Origin: Octopus bimaculoides
Lineage: Eukaryota
Assembly (NCBI RefSeq): GCF_001194135.2
Contig: NC_068988.1
Location: 30,405,726-30,443,157 of the forward strand
DNA length: 37,432 nucleotides
Direction of reading: 5' to 3'
The translations under genes and the position numbers were made by a program. Below are positions 1-12,800 of the stretch, in pieces; the first letter of the stretch is position 1; each line of letters opens with the position of its first letter. The notes beneath the pieces were generated by a model. It saw only the letters and a program-made list of their open reading frames with translations. It had not been told where the DNA came from and made no database searches.

Positions 1-348
1 CAGTAATGTGCACAACTCTTCTATAATAATATTTTGTTGTATACTCAATTGAATATTAGCTAATAACCCATTTTCTATAGCGATGTTTGAACAAAAATTT
101 AAATAATTTTATATTTTGTTGAATTTACCTGTATTTACCTGTAATTAAAGTCACTTTGTGACAAAAATTTTGGTATAGAATTGGTTGAGAACCTTTCGTT
201 AATTTATCTTCCAAAAATCACATTAATATGTTGATAAATAAAAAAGTTAGAGTTGTTTAATGAAACCAGCCTAAATTTATGATTATGTTAGAAATTAATT
301 GAAACACATAAGGGGTGTAATTTGGTTAGAAATATGGTAACGAAAGGG
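1..348 (+). mobile_element. Right end of piggyBac-like element
   Basis: Ends TGGTAACGAAAGGG|TTAA; nearly identical to 7399-7736. Confidence 0.8.
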
Positions 349-614
349 TTAAAGGTTTGGCAAAAGAAACCGATAGAATAAGTATCAGACGTCTAAAAAT
401 AAGTACTAGGTTTGATTTGTTTGATTAAACCTTTCAAGACAGTACTCCAGCATGGCCTCAGTCCAGTGATTCAAACAACCAAGAGATAAATTTCAATTTT
501 CTGCCCCCCCCCCCACTCTACCAAATTTTCTGTTCCACCCTGATTTAATGATGACACTTTTTTTTTTGTGGAGACACCTTGCATAACATGTTTTGTTGTT
601 GTTATTGTTTTTAG

Positions 615-851
615 ATTATGGAGAATGCAGAAATCAACAACCTGATCAAAATTCTTGGACTTCAGTTCAAAGAAAAATACGAAGACATTGAGAAGTTGCG
701 CACTCTTCGTTATGGTAAAATTATGATAATGACAGATCAGGATAATGACGGATCTCACATCAAAGGATTGATAATCAACTTCATCCATCATTTCTGGCCA
801 AACCTTTTGAAACATAATGTTGTAGAAGAATTTATTACACCAATTGTTAAG
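615..851 (+). CDS. TOP2: TOP2 exon (TOPRIM; IMENAEIN...FITPIVK)
   Basis: ttttag acceptor, AAG|GTAAGT donor, 237 nt, phase 0-0. Confidence 0.97.
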
Positions 852-3800
852 GTAAGTTCTTTATCTTTGTTGTATGTGTGTGTACCCCACCTCGTCCCCA
901 TAGAACCACATTCCCACTTGGCCCTTAACCTTTTTTTTTTCTCACTGTTCTTTCTTTCACACCACCTCTCCTCCTTTATATTTTTTCCCTGTGCTGGTGC
1001 TATATAGAAATTGTCCTTGCTGGTGCCATGTATGAAGCACTTGTACTGGTGCCACATATAAAGCACCTGTGCTGGTGCCACGGAAGACAATCACTCTGTA
1101 AAGCTGTTGACATCAGGAAGGGCATCCAGTCATAGAAACCATGTCAAAACAGACAATAGGAGCTTGGTGCAGCTCTCTGGCTTGTCAGCTCCTGTCAAAC
1201 CGTCCAACCCATGCCAGCATGGAAAACGGACATTAAATGATGATGGTAAAGGTGAAATGTGTATGTTCATGTGAATTACTGAACAAACATTTGCATGTCC
1301 GTGCATACTCCTCTGTGTGTGTGTGCATGCATATAAATGTACTCTAATTTCTCATCACCTGGCATATAACTGCCTCCCTCAACACCATTCCCTGCTCGGT
1401 TTTCTTGCAGGTTACTTGGTGATCTTACTAGTGTGGCTGCTGTAAAGTGGTTGGTGTTAGGAAGGGCATCCGACCATAGAAACCATGTCAAAACAGAGGG
1501 CATAGCTTGGTACAGCCTTCTGACTTACCAGCACTTGTCAAACTGTCCAGCCCCTGCCAGCATGGAAAGACATTCAAAGATGATGATGATGTGAAAATCT
1601 GTAGTTCCTATTAATGGAGCTGTTATTATAATATTGGTGATCGTTTGATTCTTACAGGTGACAAAGAATAAAGTGGAAAAGGCTTTCTATTCCATTCCTG
1701 AATTTGAAGAATGGCAACGTGGTACACAAAATTGGCATACATGGAAGATCAAATACTACAAAGGTTTTTTTTTTTTTAAACACTTTTTAGGACTTGGTAT
1801 ATATTATGTTAATATATGCAAAGTAAACATCTTAGTTAATGATAAAGCTATTTCAAATATTAATTGCTATAAAGTAATGCGTAAGTAAATGGAAAAACTA
1901 CTGAGGCGTTTTGGTTGTGCAGTGAGATATTTTGTAGATGTCGTTTGGTTTCAGTCAAATTTACTTTACAACTCAAATGCTTTTTACATTTGTATTAACT
2001 TGCATGACATATACTATCAGCACTATCTTCAGTGTTTGGTGTTTTACTGTCATTTTTTTGCTTATAAATTATATCCTAAAACTGCAAATCATATTTCACT
2101 AATTACTTATCTTTGTAATTAGAGAGAATAAAATTTACTGTAGTTTGACTTGGGAAGTTGCATCTAACTGACTTGTTAGGATGTTAGCTGATTGGCCGTA
2201 GATGGCTTTTCTGTATTCTGCCATTGATGCGATAATATATCCCTAAAGAAGCCCCTTGACCCTCATTGTCCTGTTTGTGGCGAATTGTGGAATTAAAGAC
2301 AGCTGAAGGTTTTGGGATGCATTAGCCGTGTGCTTGAAGTGTTTTGTTTTATTGCCAAACTAAACTCAGATACTCCTTTTATTCATTCTTTTACTTGTTT
2401 TAGTCATTTGAGTGCGGCCATGCTGGAGCACCGTCTTTAATCAAGCAAATCGTCCCCAGGACTTATTCTTTGTAAACTTAGTACTTATTCTATAGGTATC
2501 TTTTGCCAAACTGCTAAGTTACGGGGACAAACGCTCACACAAACATATATATATATATATATATATATGATGGGTTTCTTTCAGTTTCTGTCTACTAAAT
2601 CCACTCACAAGGCTTTGGTCAGCCCGTGGCTATAGCAGAAGACACTTGCCCAAGGTGCTGCACAGTGGGACTGAACCCGGTACCATGTAGTTGGTAAGCA
2701 AGTTACTTACCACACAGCCACTCATGCGCTGTGTGTGTAAAAATATGCAATAAACTGACATAAAATTGAGCAGCTGCAAAATACCATGTTATTTTTCTTG
2801 TAATGATGTTGGATAAAAGGGTTACAATAAAATAGGCAAAGTGTATTTATCCGTCAACTTGAATCTAAACCAATTCATAAAAGCGTTTTTGTATTTTGAA
2901 CTTGCTAGGTTTGGGTACCAGCACAGCAAAAGAAGCCAAAGAATATTTTTCTGATATGGAACGCCACAGAATACCTTTCAAATATGAAGGGCCTGAAGAT
3001 GACGCCTCAATAAACCTGGTACGTTATTTTTACTGGCTCCTATTTTCGCTTAATTACTTTTTATATATTGTTTCTCAGTATTTCCTTTTTAAATTTATTT
3101 GTGTGTCGTTTGCTTACTATTTTTCTTTTTAAAATTTTAGGCGTTCAGTAAAAAGAAGATTGATGAAAGAAAAGAATGGCTTACTAATTGGATGGAGGAA
3201 AAACGGAGAAGACTGGAAATGGGACTTCCTGAGGTAAATATCGTAATATATAGTGCACAGGTGGAACTTTAAGAATTTTTTGACATGTTAGTTTACTATA
3301 TTAGTGGCATGTAAAAAATACCATCTGAATGTGGTTGATGCCAGTGCCTCCTGACTGGCTCCCCTGCCGGTGGTACATAGTAAGCACCATCTGAATGTGG
3401 TCGATGCCAGTACCCCTCGACTGGTTCTTGTGCCGGTGGCACTTAAAAAGCACCATCCAGATGTGGTCGATGCCAATGCCTCCTGACTGGCTCTTGTGCC
3501 GGTGGCATGTAAAAAGCACCATCTGAACGTGGCCGATGCCAGTTCCGTGTGACTGGTTCCCGTGCCAGTGGCATGTAAAAAGCACTCATTATACTCTTGG
3601 AGTGGTTGGTGTTAGGAAGGGCATCCAGCTGTAGAAACCTTGCCAGATTAGATTGGAGCCTGGTGCAGCCTACTAGCTTGCCAGTCCTCAGTCAAACCGT
3701 CCAACCCATGCCAGCATGGAAAGTGGATGTTAAACAATGATGATGATTAGTTTATGATGTTAGGTGATTTATTAATTTCCTGGAAACTGACATTTACGTA

Positions 3801-6800
3801 TAAGTTGCTGCTGTGGCCATGCTGGAGAACCACCGTGAAGAGTTTACGTTGAACAAATCAACCCCAGGACTTATTTTTGAAACTTAGTACTATCGGTCTT
3901 TTTTGTCAGACCATTAAGTTATAATAGCATAAACACACCAACAAAAACTTCTTTCAGTTTCTACCAAATCCACTCACAAGGCTTTGGTTGGCCCTGGGGC
4001 TATGATAGAAGACACTTACCCAAGGTGCCATGCAGTGGGACTGAACCCAGAATCATGTGGTTGGCAAGCAAGCTTATCACATAACCACAAACCATACCTT
4101 GTTAAGTAAAATTATGTTGCAGGCTTTTAATTTGGCTATGGATGGTTTGAAATGAGCTGGTTTGTAATAAAACCTTGGATACTCTCAGACAGAGTGGTAT
4201 TAAACAGCTTAAATATATTGGTTGATATTTAGAAATGTTTACTAATCCATGGGCCATGCAAAGAGACCAAAGCTGGAGACATGTGGTTTTCGTACAAACA
4301 TGTTTGTCATACAGCTAAGCCTCCTTACAGATGGGTGTTGTAAAGCACATCTGTATGATTGAATGAACATATCTAATTGATTTTCTGTTGAAAAATAAAA
4401 TTGCAACTCTACCTATTGTTAAAAGGAAAGTTAATTTTAGATGTCTTGATTGCTCCTGCTAATGATTTATTTTTATTATTATTTTATTCTTTTTTTCTAG
4501 TTGTATTTGTATGGGAAAGGAGTAAACCAAATCTCCTTCAATGAATTTATCAACCGGGAGTTAATTCTGTTCAGTTTCACAGATAATAACCGTTCAATCC
4601 CTTCGCTTGTTGATGGTCTGAAACCTGGTCAACGTAAAGTAATCTTTACTTGTTTTAAGAGAAATGACAAAAAGGAGGTGAAAGTCGCCCAGTTGGCAGG
4701 TTCTGTTGCAGAACTCTCAGCATACCATCATGGTGAGGTAAGAAATTACATTAAGCAGGTTTCTTCTTTTTTTTTTCTTTTATATTAACCGTCTGAGCCT
4801 ATAAAGATTTGTTACCACATTATTAATTAGTCCACATCACTCTTTTAAGGAGCATAGGGTTGATTTCCTGGTTTCTGTGGTGTGTATACCGCTCCCTGGA
4901 TGGGACTCTGGTCCATTGTAGAACCAGCTGAGTGGACTGGAGCAACATGAAAGGAAGTGTTTTGTTCAAGATCACAATGCATTGTCTAGTCCAGGAATTG
5001 AAACCATGATCTTAAGCTCATGAGTCTAACACCCTAACTAGTAAGCCATGTGCCTCCACTCTCTATACTAACATATTAGGTTACTTTTCTGAAACCCCAG
5101 TCATGTAGTAACACCAGCCAATGCCCACTTGTTATTCACCGCATAGGAGAACGCATTATGTATATTGGACCAGTGGTCACTGTAGGAGTTGGTTTCTACT
5201 TGGAATTACAGTCATGTAGATAGATTGGAGAAGGTGTCTCAGCTCCTATCAAACCACTGCAAGTCCCAAATGGGGATCATTGAAAAAAAGCATATTTGTC
5301 CTTTTCTATTCAATTGCTGTAATAAACATTTTAGTTTTTTAGAAACTATAGTATCAAATGTGAATGTGTATGAAATATCGATGAATGATATAGATGCGAA
5401 ATGCAAAAAAAAACTTTTTTTGGAAAAGTCAGTGTTTTTGTAGTTCAAAAATTGCGATTTATGACATAAAATGTCCCCCAGAATTAACCAGAGCTAATAA
5501 TGACAAACTTTAATTACTAAATATTGTTAAACACACCTCTGCAAATGCTATGTACATAAGCCATTCACTTTCAATACAACGAACAGCTGGCAGTGAGACT
5601 GTTTTGAGCAGATCCCCAAATGGGGATCCCCAAATTGAGCAGATCCCCAAATGGGGCTCGTTAAACAGTAGTGATGGCAATGGCGGCAGCGGTGGTGGTG
5701 GGGGAGTATAATGTAAGTTATGGCAAACTCGTACATGACCATTGGTGGTGAGATTGTTCTTGTATTTGTTGTGTTCTTGTGCCAAGGGTTTTTCTTCTGC
5801 ATATATCAGTTAAAAGAGACAATCAACTCAGTTTATGAGAAGTATAACAATTATAGTGATAAGTATTCAATAAATGTATATTGTTGGCAATACCGTGTGT
5901 GTGTGTATGTATGTGTTGATTGAAGCAAGACCTATGGATTCAAAAATTACATTTGTTTGTTTATGTATTTAACAGGCTTCACTTATGAGTACAATTATCA
6001 ACTTAGCCCAGAACTTTGTTGGTTCAAACAACATAAACTTACTGCTGCCCATTGGTCAGTTTGGAACCCGGTTACATGGTGGCAAAGATGCTGCCAGCCC
6101 CCGTTATATCTTCACACTTTTAAGGTACCAGCTTTTTAAAATTGTTATTTTAATTGTTGTTGTATTTATGTATAACTTCCAATGCTAAACGTTATTTATA
6201 AAGAATGATACTTTTTGAGATCCACATTTTTGGTCTTTTTTTTCCTGGTCTAAGACACAGTGTTTTATTGTTTACCCTTTTAGTAAGTTCATTCATGCCT
6301 TAACTCTTTCGTTACCAAACCGCCCAAAGCCGCCCGAAAAAAATTTTGGTTCATGTGACCAAGCCGCCCAAAACCGCCCGTAATCACCTATTCATATTTA
6401 AATGAGAATATCCGAGCAAATCTCGTTAGTACATTTGTGTAAACAGTTCAGCTATAGTTTTGTACGACGACCAACGTGTTTTTTTAATTTTGTGAATTTT
6501 GGGAGATTTTTTTCCAAATTTGTTCCTGTTATGTTTTCAAAATTTGTAATCCTGACAAAAAAATGGATACGAATTTTATTCTGTCAAGCAGCGAGTCAGA
6601 ATTCGAAGGATTTTCCGTTGAAGACCTTGATAAATCTAACTCTGTANNNNNNNNNNNNNNNNNNNNNNNNNNNNNNNNNNNNNNNNNNNNNNNNNNNNNN
6701 NNNNNNNNNNNNNNNNNNNNNNNNNNNNNNNNNNNNNNNNNNNNNNNNNNNNNNNNNNNNNNNNNNNNNNNNNNNNNNNNNNNNNNNNNNNNNNNNNNNN

Positions 6801-9800
6801 NNNNNNNNNNNNNNNNNNNNNNNNNNNNNNNNNNNNNNNNNNNNNNNNNNNNNNNNNNNNNNNNNNNNNNNNNNNNNNNNNNNNNNNNNNNNNNNNNNNN
6901 NNNNNNNNNNNNNNNNNNNNNNNNNNNNNNNNNNNNNNNNNNNNNNNNNNNNNNNNNNNNNNNNNNNNNNNNNNNNNNNNNNNNNNNNNNNNNNNNNNNN
7001 NNNNNNNNNNNNNNNNNNNNNNNNNNNNNNNNNNNNNNNNNNNNNNNNNNNNNNNNNNNNNNNNNNNNNNNNNNNNNNNNNNNNNNNNNNNNNNNNNNNN
7101 NNNNNNNNNNNNNNNNNNNNNNNNNNNNNNNNNNNNNNNNNNNNNNNNNNNNNNNNNNNNNNNNNNNNNNNNNNNNNNNNNNNNNNNNNNNNNNNNNNNN
7201 NNNNNNNNNNNNNNNNNNNNNNNNNNNNNNNNNNNNNNNNNNNNNNNNNNNNNNNNNNNNNNNNNNNNNNNNNNNNNNNNNNNNNNNNNNNNNNNNNNNN
7301 NNNNNNNNNNNNNNNNNNNNNNNNNNNNNNNNNNNNNNNNNNNNNACTGGGTACTGCTCTGGATTTTAATTTTATACTGGCAAAAGAGACAGTAATAAAT
7401 CCAGTAATGTGCACAACTCTTCTATAATATTTTGTTGTATACCCAATTGAATATTAGCTAATAACCCATTTTCTATAGCGATGTTTGAACAAAAATTTTA
7501 ATAATTTTATATTTTGTTGAATTTACCTGTAATTAAAGTCACTTTGTGACAAAAATTTTGGTATAGAATTGGTTGAGAACCTTTTGTTAAATTATCTTCC
7601 AAAAATCACATTAATATGTTGATAAATAAAAAAGTTAGAGTTGTTTAATGAAACCAGCCTAAATTTATGATTATGTTAGAAATTAATCGAAACACATAAG
7701 GGGTGTAATTTGGTTAGAAATATGGTAACGAAAGGGTTAAACACTATAAGTACCTGTGTATCAGTCACAGTATTTTATACTCGTTTTTAAGTGCAAAAAC
7801 TGGAGCAGGTCTTACACACTGTGAAAGTTTGACCATGATGTGGAAAAGGTTCTGCACTAAGATTTAACACTAAATAAAGGGTGCAACATGTACATGAGTG
7901 TGATTCACGCATGAGTAAATACGGTTATGTGGTTTTGTGGTACTTATTTAATTTTTCTTTATTTGCAGTTCGGTTGGAAAAAGAATATTTCACTCTGACG
8001 ATCTTCCTCTCTTGAAAAACCTCTATGATGACAACCAGAAAATTGAACCCGAATACTATGTTCCTATTATTCCAATGATATTGGTGAATGGAACTGATGG
8101 CATTGGCACAGGGTGGAGTACAAAAATACCCAACTATGATCCAAGAGAGATCATAACAAATATTAGGCGAATGTTGTCAGGAAATGATCCTCTAAACATG
8201 GTGATTACTTTTACATCTTATTGAGATTTTTCCCTGTTCTTAGTATAACTATTTCTTATTTCTTTTTATGCAGCAGCATGTTTATTTCAATATTTCATAA
8301 CAACTTTTAATAGCTAGAGAACTTCAATTATGAACTACAGTTTATGGCTCTCATGCTGGTGGCACGTAAAAAGCATCATTCAAGCGTGGTCGATGCCAGT
8401 GCCACCTGACTGGCCCCTGTGCCCGTGACATGTCAAAAGCACCCACTACACTCTCGGAGTGGTTGGCATCAGGAGTGGCACCTTGTGCAAGTGTCTTCTA
8501 CTATAGCCTCAGGCTGACCAAAGCCTTGTGAGTGGATTTGGTAGACGGAAGCTGAAAAAAGCCCTATATATATATGTGTGTGTGTGTCTGTGTTTGTTCC
8601 CCCACCATCACTTGGCAACCAATGTTGGTGTGATTACGTCCCTGTAACTAAGCAGTTCAGCAAAAGACACTGATAGAATAGGTACTAGGCTTACAAAGAA
8701 TAAGTCCTGGGGTCAGTTTGCTCGACTAAAGGCAGTGCTCCAGCATGGCCGCAGTCAAATGACTGAAACAAATAAAAGAATGAAAGAATTCCAATTAAAA
8801 ATGGGAGGGAGGTGGGGCAGGAGTGGGAAATAGAGAGAATGATGGTTAGCAATGAAAGAAGAAAAGTTATTGGTGGATATTAGATAAGATCCAGTGGGGT
8901 GTCATCCATTGACACAGAAAAAAAGATAATAGCAGTAGGTGGGTGGGTGCATTCATAGAAAGTTTGGGTATCAAGTTGAGAGAATAAGAAATGCCAGCAG
9001 AGAAAGCTATCGTCATCATCATTGAAATGTGCATTCCATGTTGGTATAGGATGCAGTGAGCTGCTGTTCTCACATGTGGCATGGTCTGAACAGCTGGGTG
9101 CTTTTTATGTGGCACCAGCACGAGTGAGGTCGCCGAGTAACTTGCAAGGCAGAAGAAGAACAGGAAGAAATATATATGTTAAAAAGAAAAAAAAAAAAGA
9201 CCTCGTCCGTCGTTCCTTCACCATTCTGTTAAATATGTAGAAAAAAAAAATACAAAATACTGTTTAAACAACTTAGAGAAAAACGGTTTTTGTTTGATTG
9301 GTGTAATAATGTTGTTATAAATTCTGTGAGATATAATTTCATTTGTGTTTTCTTCCAGGTCCCATGGTTCAAGAACTTCAAAGGTACAATTGAAGAGTTG
9401 AGTGAGAACAAGTACCTAGTGAGTGGTGAGATTTCTGTTTTGGATGAGACAACAGTTGAAATTACAGAACTCCCCATCCGTACTTGGACACAAAACTATA
9501 AAGAAGAGGTGTTAGAACCTATGTTACATGGATCTGAGAAAAATCCATCTGTGATAATGTAATTATGAAATTTGTATATCTACCTTATAGGTGTGTGCTT
9601 GCGGAGAGAGAGAGAGTAAATACTATGTAACAGGACAAAGTTCTGTCATAATGCCAGAAACTCAAAAATCTGATTTTATATAAATTAACTAGGCATTGGC
9701 ATGAGTGTATGGTAAGAAGCTTGCTCTCCCAACTATTAGATTTCAGGTTCAGTTCCATTGTGTTCCTGCTTGGGCTAGTGTCTTCTATAACTTTGACCAA

Positions 9801-12800
9801 AGCTTTGCGAGTAGATTTTTTAGATGGAAGCTGGAAGAAGCTCATTGTGTGTGTTTGTGTATGTATACACACGTGTGAATGTGTGTGTGCGTTTGTGTCG
9901 AACTCACTACCTCATGATTGTGAGCCTGACACTCTAACCACTCAGCCATGCAGCTTGGAGTAAATTTTGATATTTAGAATGACATAGGATAGGTGTGAGA
10001 GTTTGGATCTTGGTGATTTAAACATAAAACGGAATGTTTGGGCCGGATATGGTTGGTCTAAAAGAGAAATGTTTTAATATTGGCACACTTTTTTTTAACA
10101 ATGACAAGGTTATGGCCCAAATTACGCATTCATTGTTGCCTGCCAGTGTTTTGAACAGCAGTTTTTTGCTGTTGGTACTTTCTATTTGTAATTGAGATTT
10201 TTTTTTTCTTTTGCAACTCTTTTAGAGATTATAAGGAATACCATACTGACACATCAGTCAGGTTTGTCGTGAAGATGTCAGGTGAGAAGCTTGCCAATGC
10301 TGAAGCATCTGGTCTTCACAAATTCTTCAAACTGCAAACAACATTCTCTACAAACAGTATGGTAAGTATTAAAGACATTAATAATAACGATATTAATAAG
10401 CAAAGAAATATTCACATCTTTTCCACTTCTTTCTCCTTACTTAACTATTTACACAGCCGAACATGTGATCATCTCTGCTACCCCTGCATCAGTAGAGGTA
10501 GATAAGATGATATCAACAAAACATGTCTAAGGTTGTACTTGCATTAAGTATGATACATAGCTAACTATTTTAATTCAATACTGCCTCGGTTGTACATGAC
10601 TGATTTTTACTCAGCTGGATGGCTGGTGAGATGTGGGCTGGTCCACTACTAATAAATAGTGGACGGACACAGCCAGTAATGTCAGTCAGCGAGGTACGAA
10701 ATATGCCATTATAATATTGAGCATAACAGTTTTGCAAGGTAGTAGATGATCATGTTGGTGCTGGTACCACATAAAAGGCACCCAGTACACTGTAAAGTGA
10801 TTGGTGTTAGGAAGGGTATCCAGCCATAGAGACCGTACCAAAACAGACTTTGGAATTTGGTGTGGATCCTGGTCTTGCCAGCTCCTGTCAAACCACTCAG
10901 CCCATGCCAGCATGGGAAACGGTTGTTAAACAATGATAATGATGAGGATGATGCTAAGCTTCAGTCTAATTCAAGCCCAACAGTAATCATCACCGATTTC
11001 TGTGAAATCATCTTAATTTTTATTTTGTTCTTTGTAATATGGAAAATGTGTTGATGTGGAGACTTGATATATCGAATTGCAGGTATTATTCGATCAGAAT
11101 GGTTGCATCCGGAAGTATGACAAGGTGGAACAAATAATGCGTGAATTTTTTGACCTCCGACTTGATTATTACAAAAGAAGAAAAGACTATATGGAAGGAA
11201 TGTTCAAATCTGAATCCCTCAAGTTTGATAACATTGCTCGCTTCATCATGGAGAAAATTGATGGGCTTGTCAAAATTGGTGAGAAGAATATTTTAATAAT
11301 CCTCTTACTTTTGAATTCATTAAAAAAAAAAAAATTTCAATTGGTTCACATTTTTGTTTAGAATCTAGTGTTCTGTTTTACTATCATTATGATGTGTATA
11401 GAATAATATAGTTATTCATTATTTACATTTGACGGATATTTGTCCTTACAACATTTCGGTTGATATACCATCCAGCCTTCATCAGGCGTCTTGAGGAAAT
11501 CTAGAATTGGAATATGGTTATTCTTTTAAATGTCTCTCTCTTCCATATGGGGGTAATCATGTACATTTCCTACTGCGAGGCACCTATTCCTGTCCTTATA
11601 TTATCGTTTAACCTCTCATCCCCTTCCCTCACTACTTCTCAGTTGAGGGGCATTGACTTGCAAGTTGCTTGGTAACCTCACTGGTGTAGGTGCAACATAA
11701 AAAAAACACTGCCCAGTACATACTGTGAAGTGGTTGGCGTTAGGAAGGGCATCCAGCTATAGAAACCATGGCAAAGCAGATGTTGGTCCTTGGCACAGAT
11801 CTCCAACTTATGAGATCCTCTCGAATCGTTGAACCTATGCCGGCATGGAAAATATTGGAGCCTGGTGCAGCCTTCTGGCTTGCCAGTCCTCAGTCAAATC
11901 GTGCAACCCATGCTAGCATGGAAAGTGGATGTTAAACGATGATGATGATGTCAACAGCGACTAGCTGTTATTGGTGTTAGGAAACTCTGCCAGAGAGTAT
12001 AAGTCAATTACATCGGCCCCCAGTGCTAAACTGGTACTTATTTTATCGACCACGACATGATGAAAGGCAAAGTCAACCCCAGCAGCATTTGAACTCTGAG
12101 TGTAAAGTCAGAAGAAATGCTGTTAAGCAGTTTGTCTGGCATTCTATCAGCTCACTGCCTTGCTTGTACAAAATGTATTGGAAAGGTTGATGCATCAAAA
12201 AGTGTGACAAAAAGCAAATTCTAAAGTGACCTTTGAACTGACCGAGTGAAGTATGCAAAAGTCCACATGCCACAAAACCAATGTGGCAGAAATAACACAA
12301 TCATGGGTTTTTTGTTTTTTTTCTCTGGAACCATTTCATTTGAAATTTTGGGTTTAATCTGCAGTTTCCAAAAGTTGTGCTGCTATGGTTTTAGAAAACT
12401 GGTTCAGTTATTATCCTAGAATTACTTGTAAGGGAACATAAGTTAGTTTCACCGTGAATTGACATATTCTCTTCCTACACACACACACACACAGGCGTGC
12501 ATGCGCGCGTACATGCGGCACTGTATTTAATGTTGAAATGTTGGTTTTGTTTTGTTCTTTCTAGAAAATGTATCAAAGAAGGATCTGATTCAATTATTGG
12601 TCCGTAGGGGCTATGATTCTGACCCAATCAAAGCATGGAGAGAAAGTCAGTCAAAAAATAAGGTAAAATTCTCTCCACATTTGTCTTTTGCTGAACACAA
12701 ACTTATCTTCCATTTATTTGTTGCTGATAAACTGAATAAACGAAAAGTTTTAAAAAACCAAAAAAAAAACAACCTGTGATGAGGGTTTAACCCTTTCGTT

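Noticed and set aside
3288-3585. 22-aa Cys/His repeat ORFs and CRISPR-like regular spacing (also 30337-30653)
   Set aside because: Tandem 66-bp SINE units with no unique spacers and no cas genes; the ORFs are by-products of the repeat
4561-4600. [14 protein letters not shown] differs from vertebrate LILFSNSDNERSIP
   Set aside because: These positions vary among eukaryotic TOP2s (yeast has FSLADNIRSIP); no sign of inactivation
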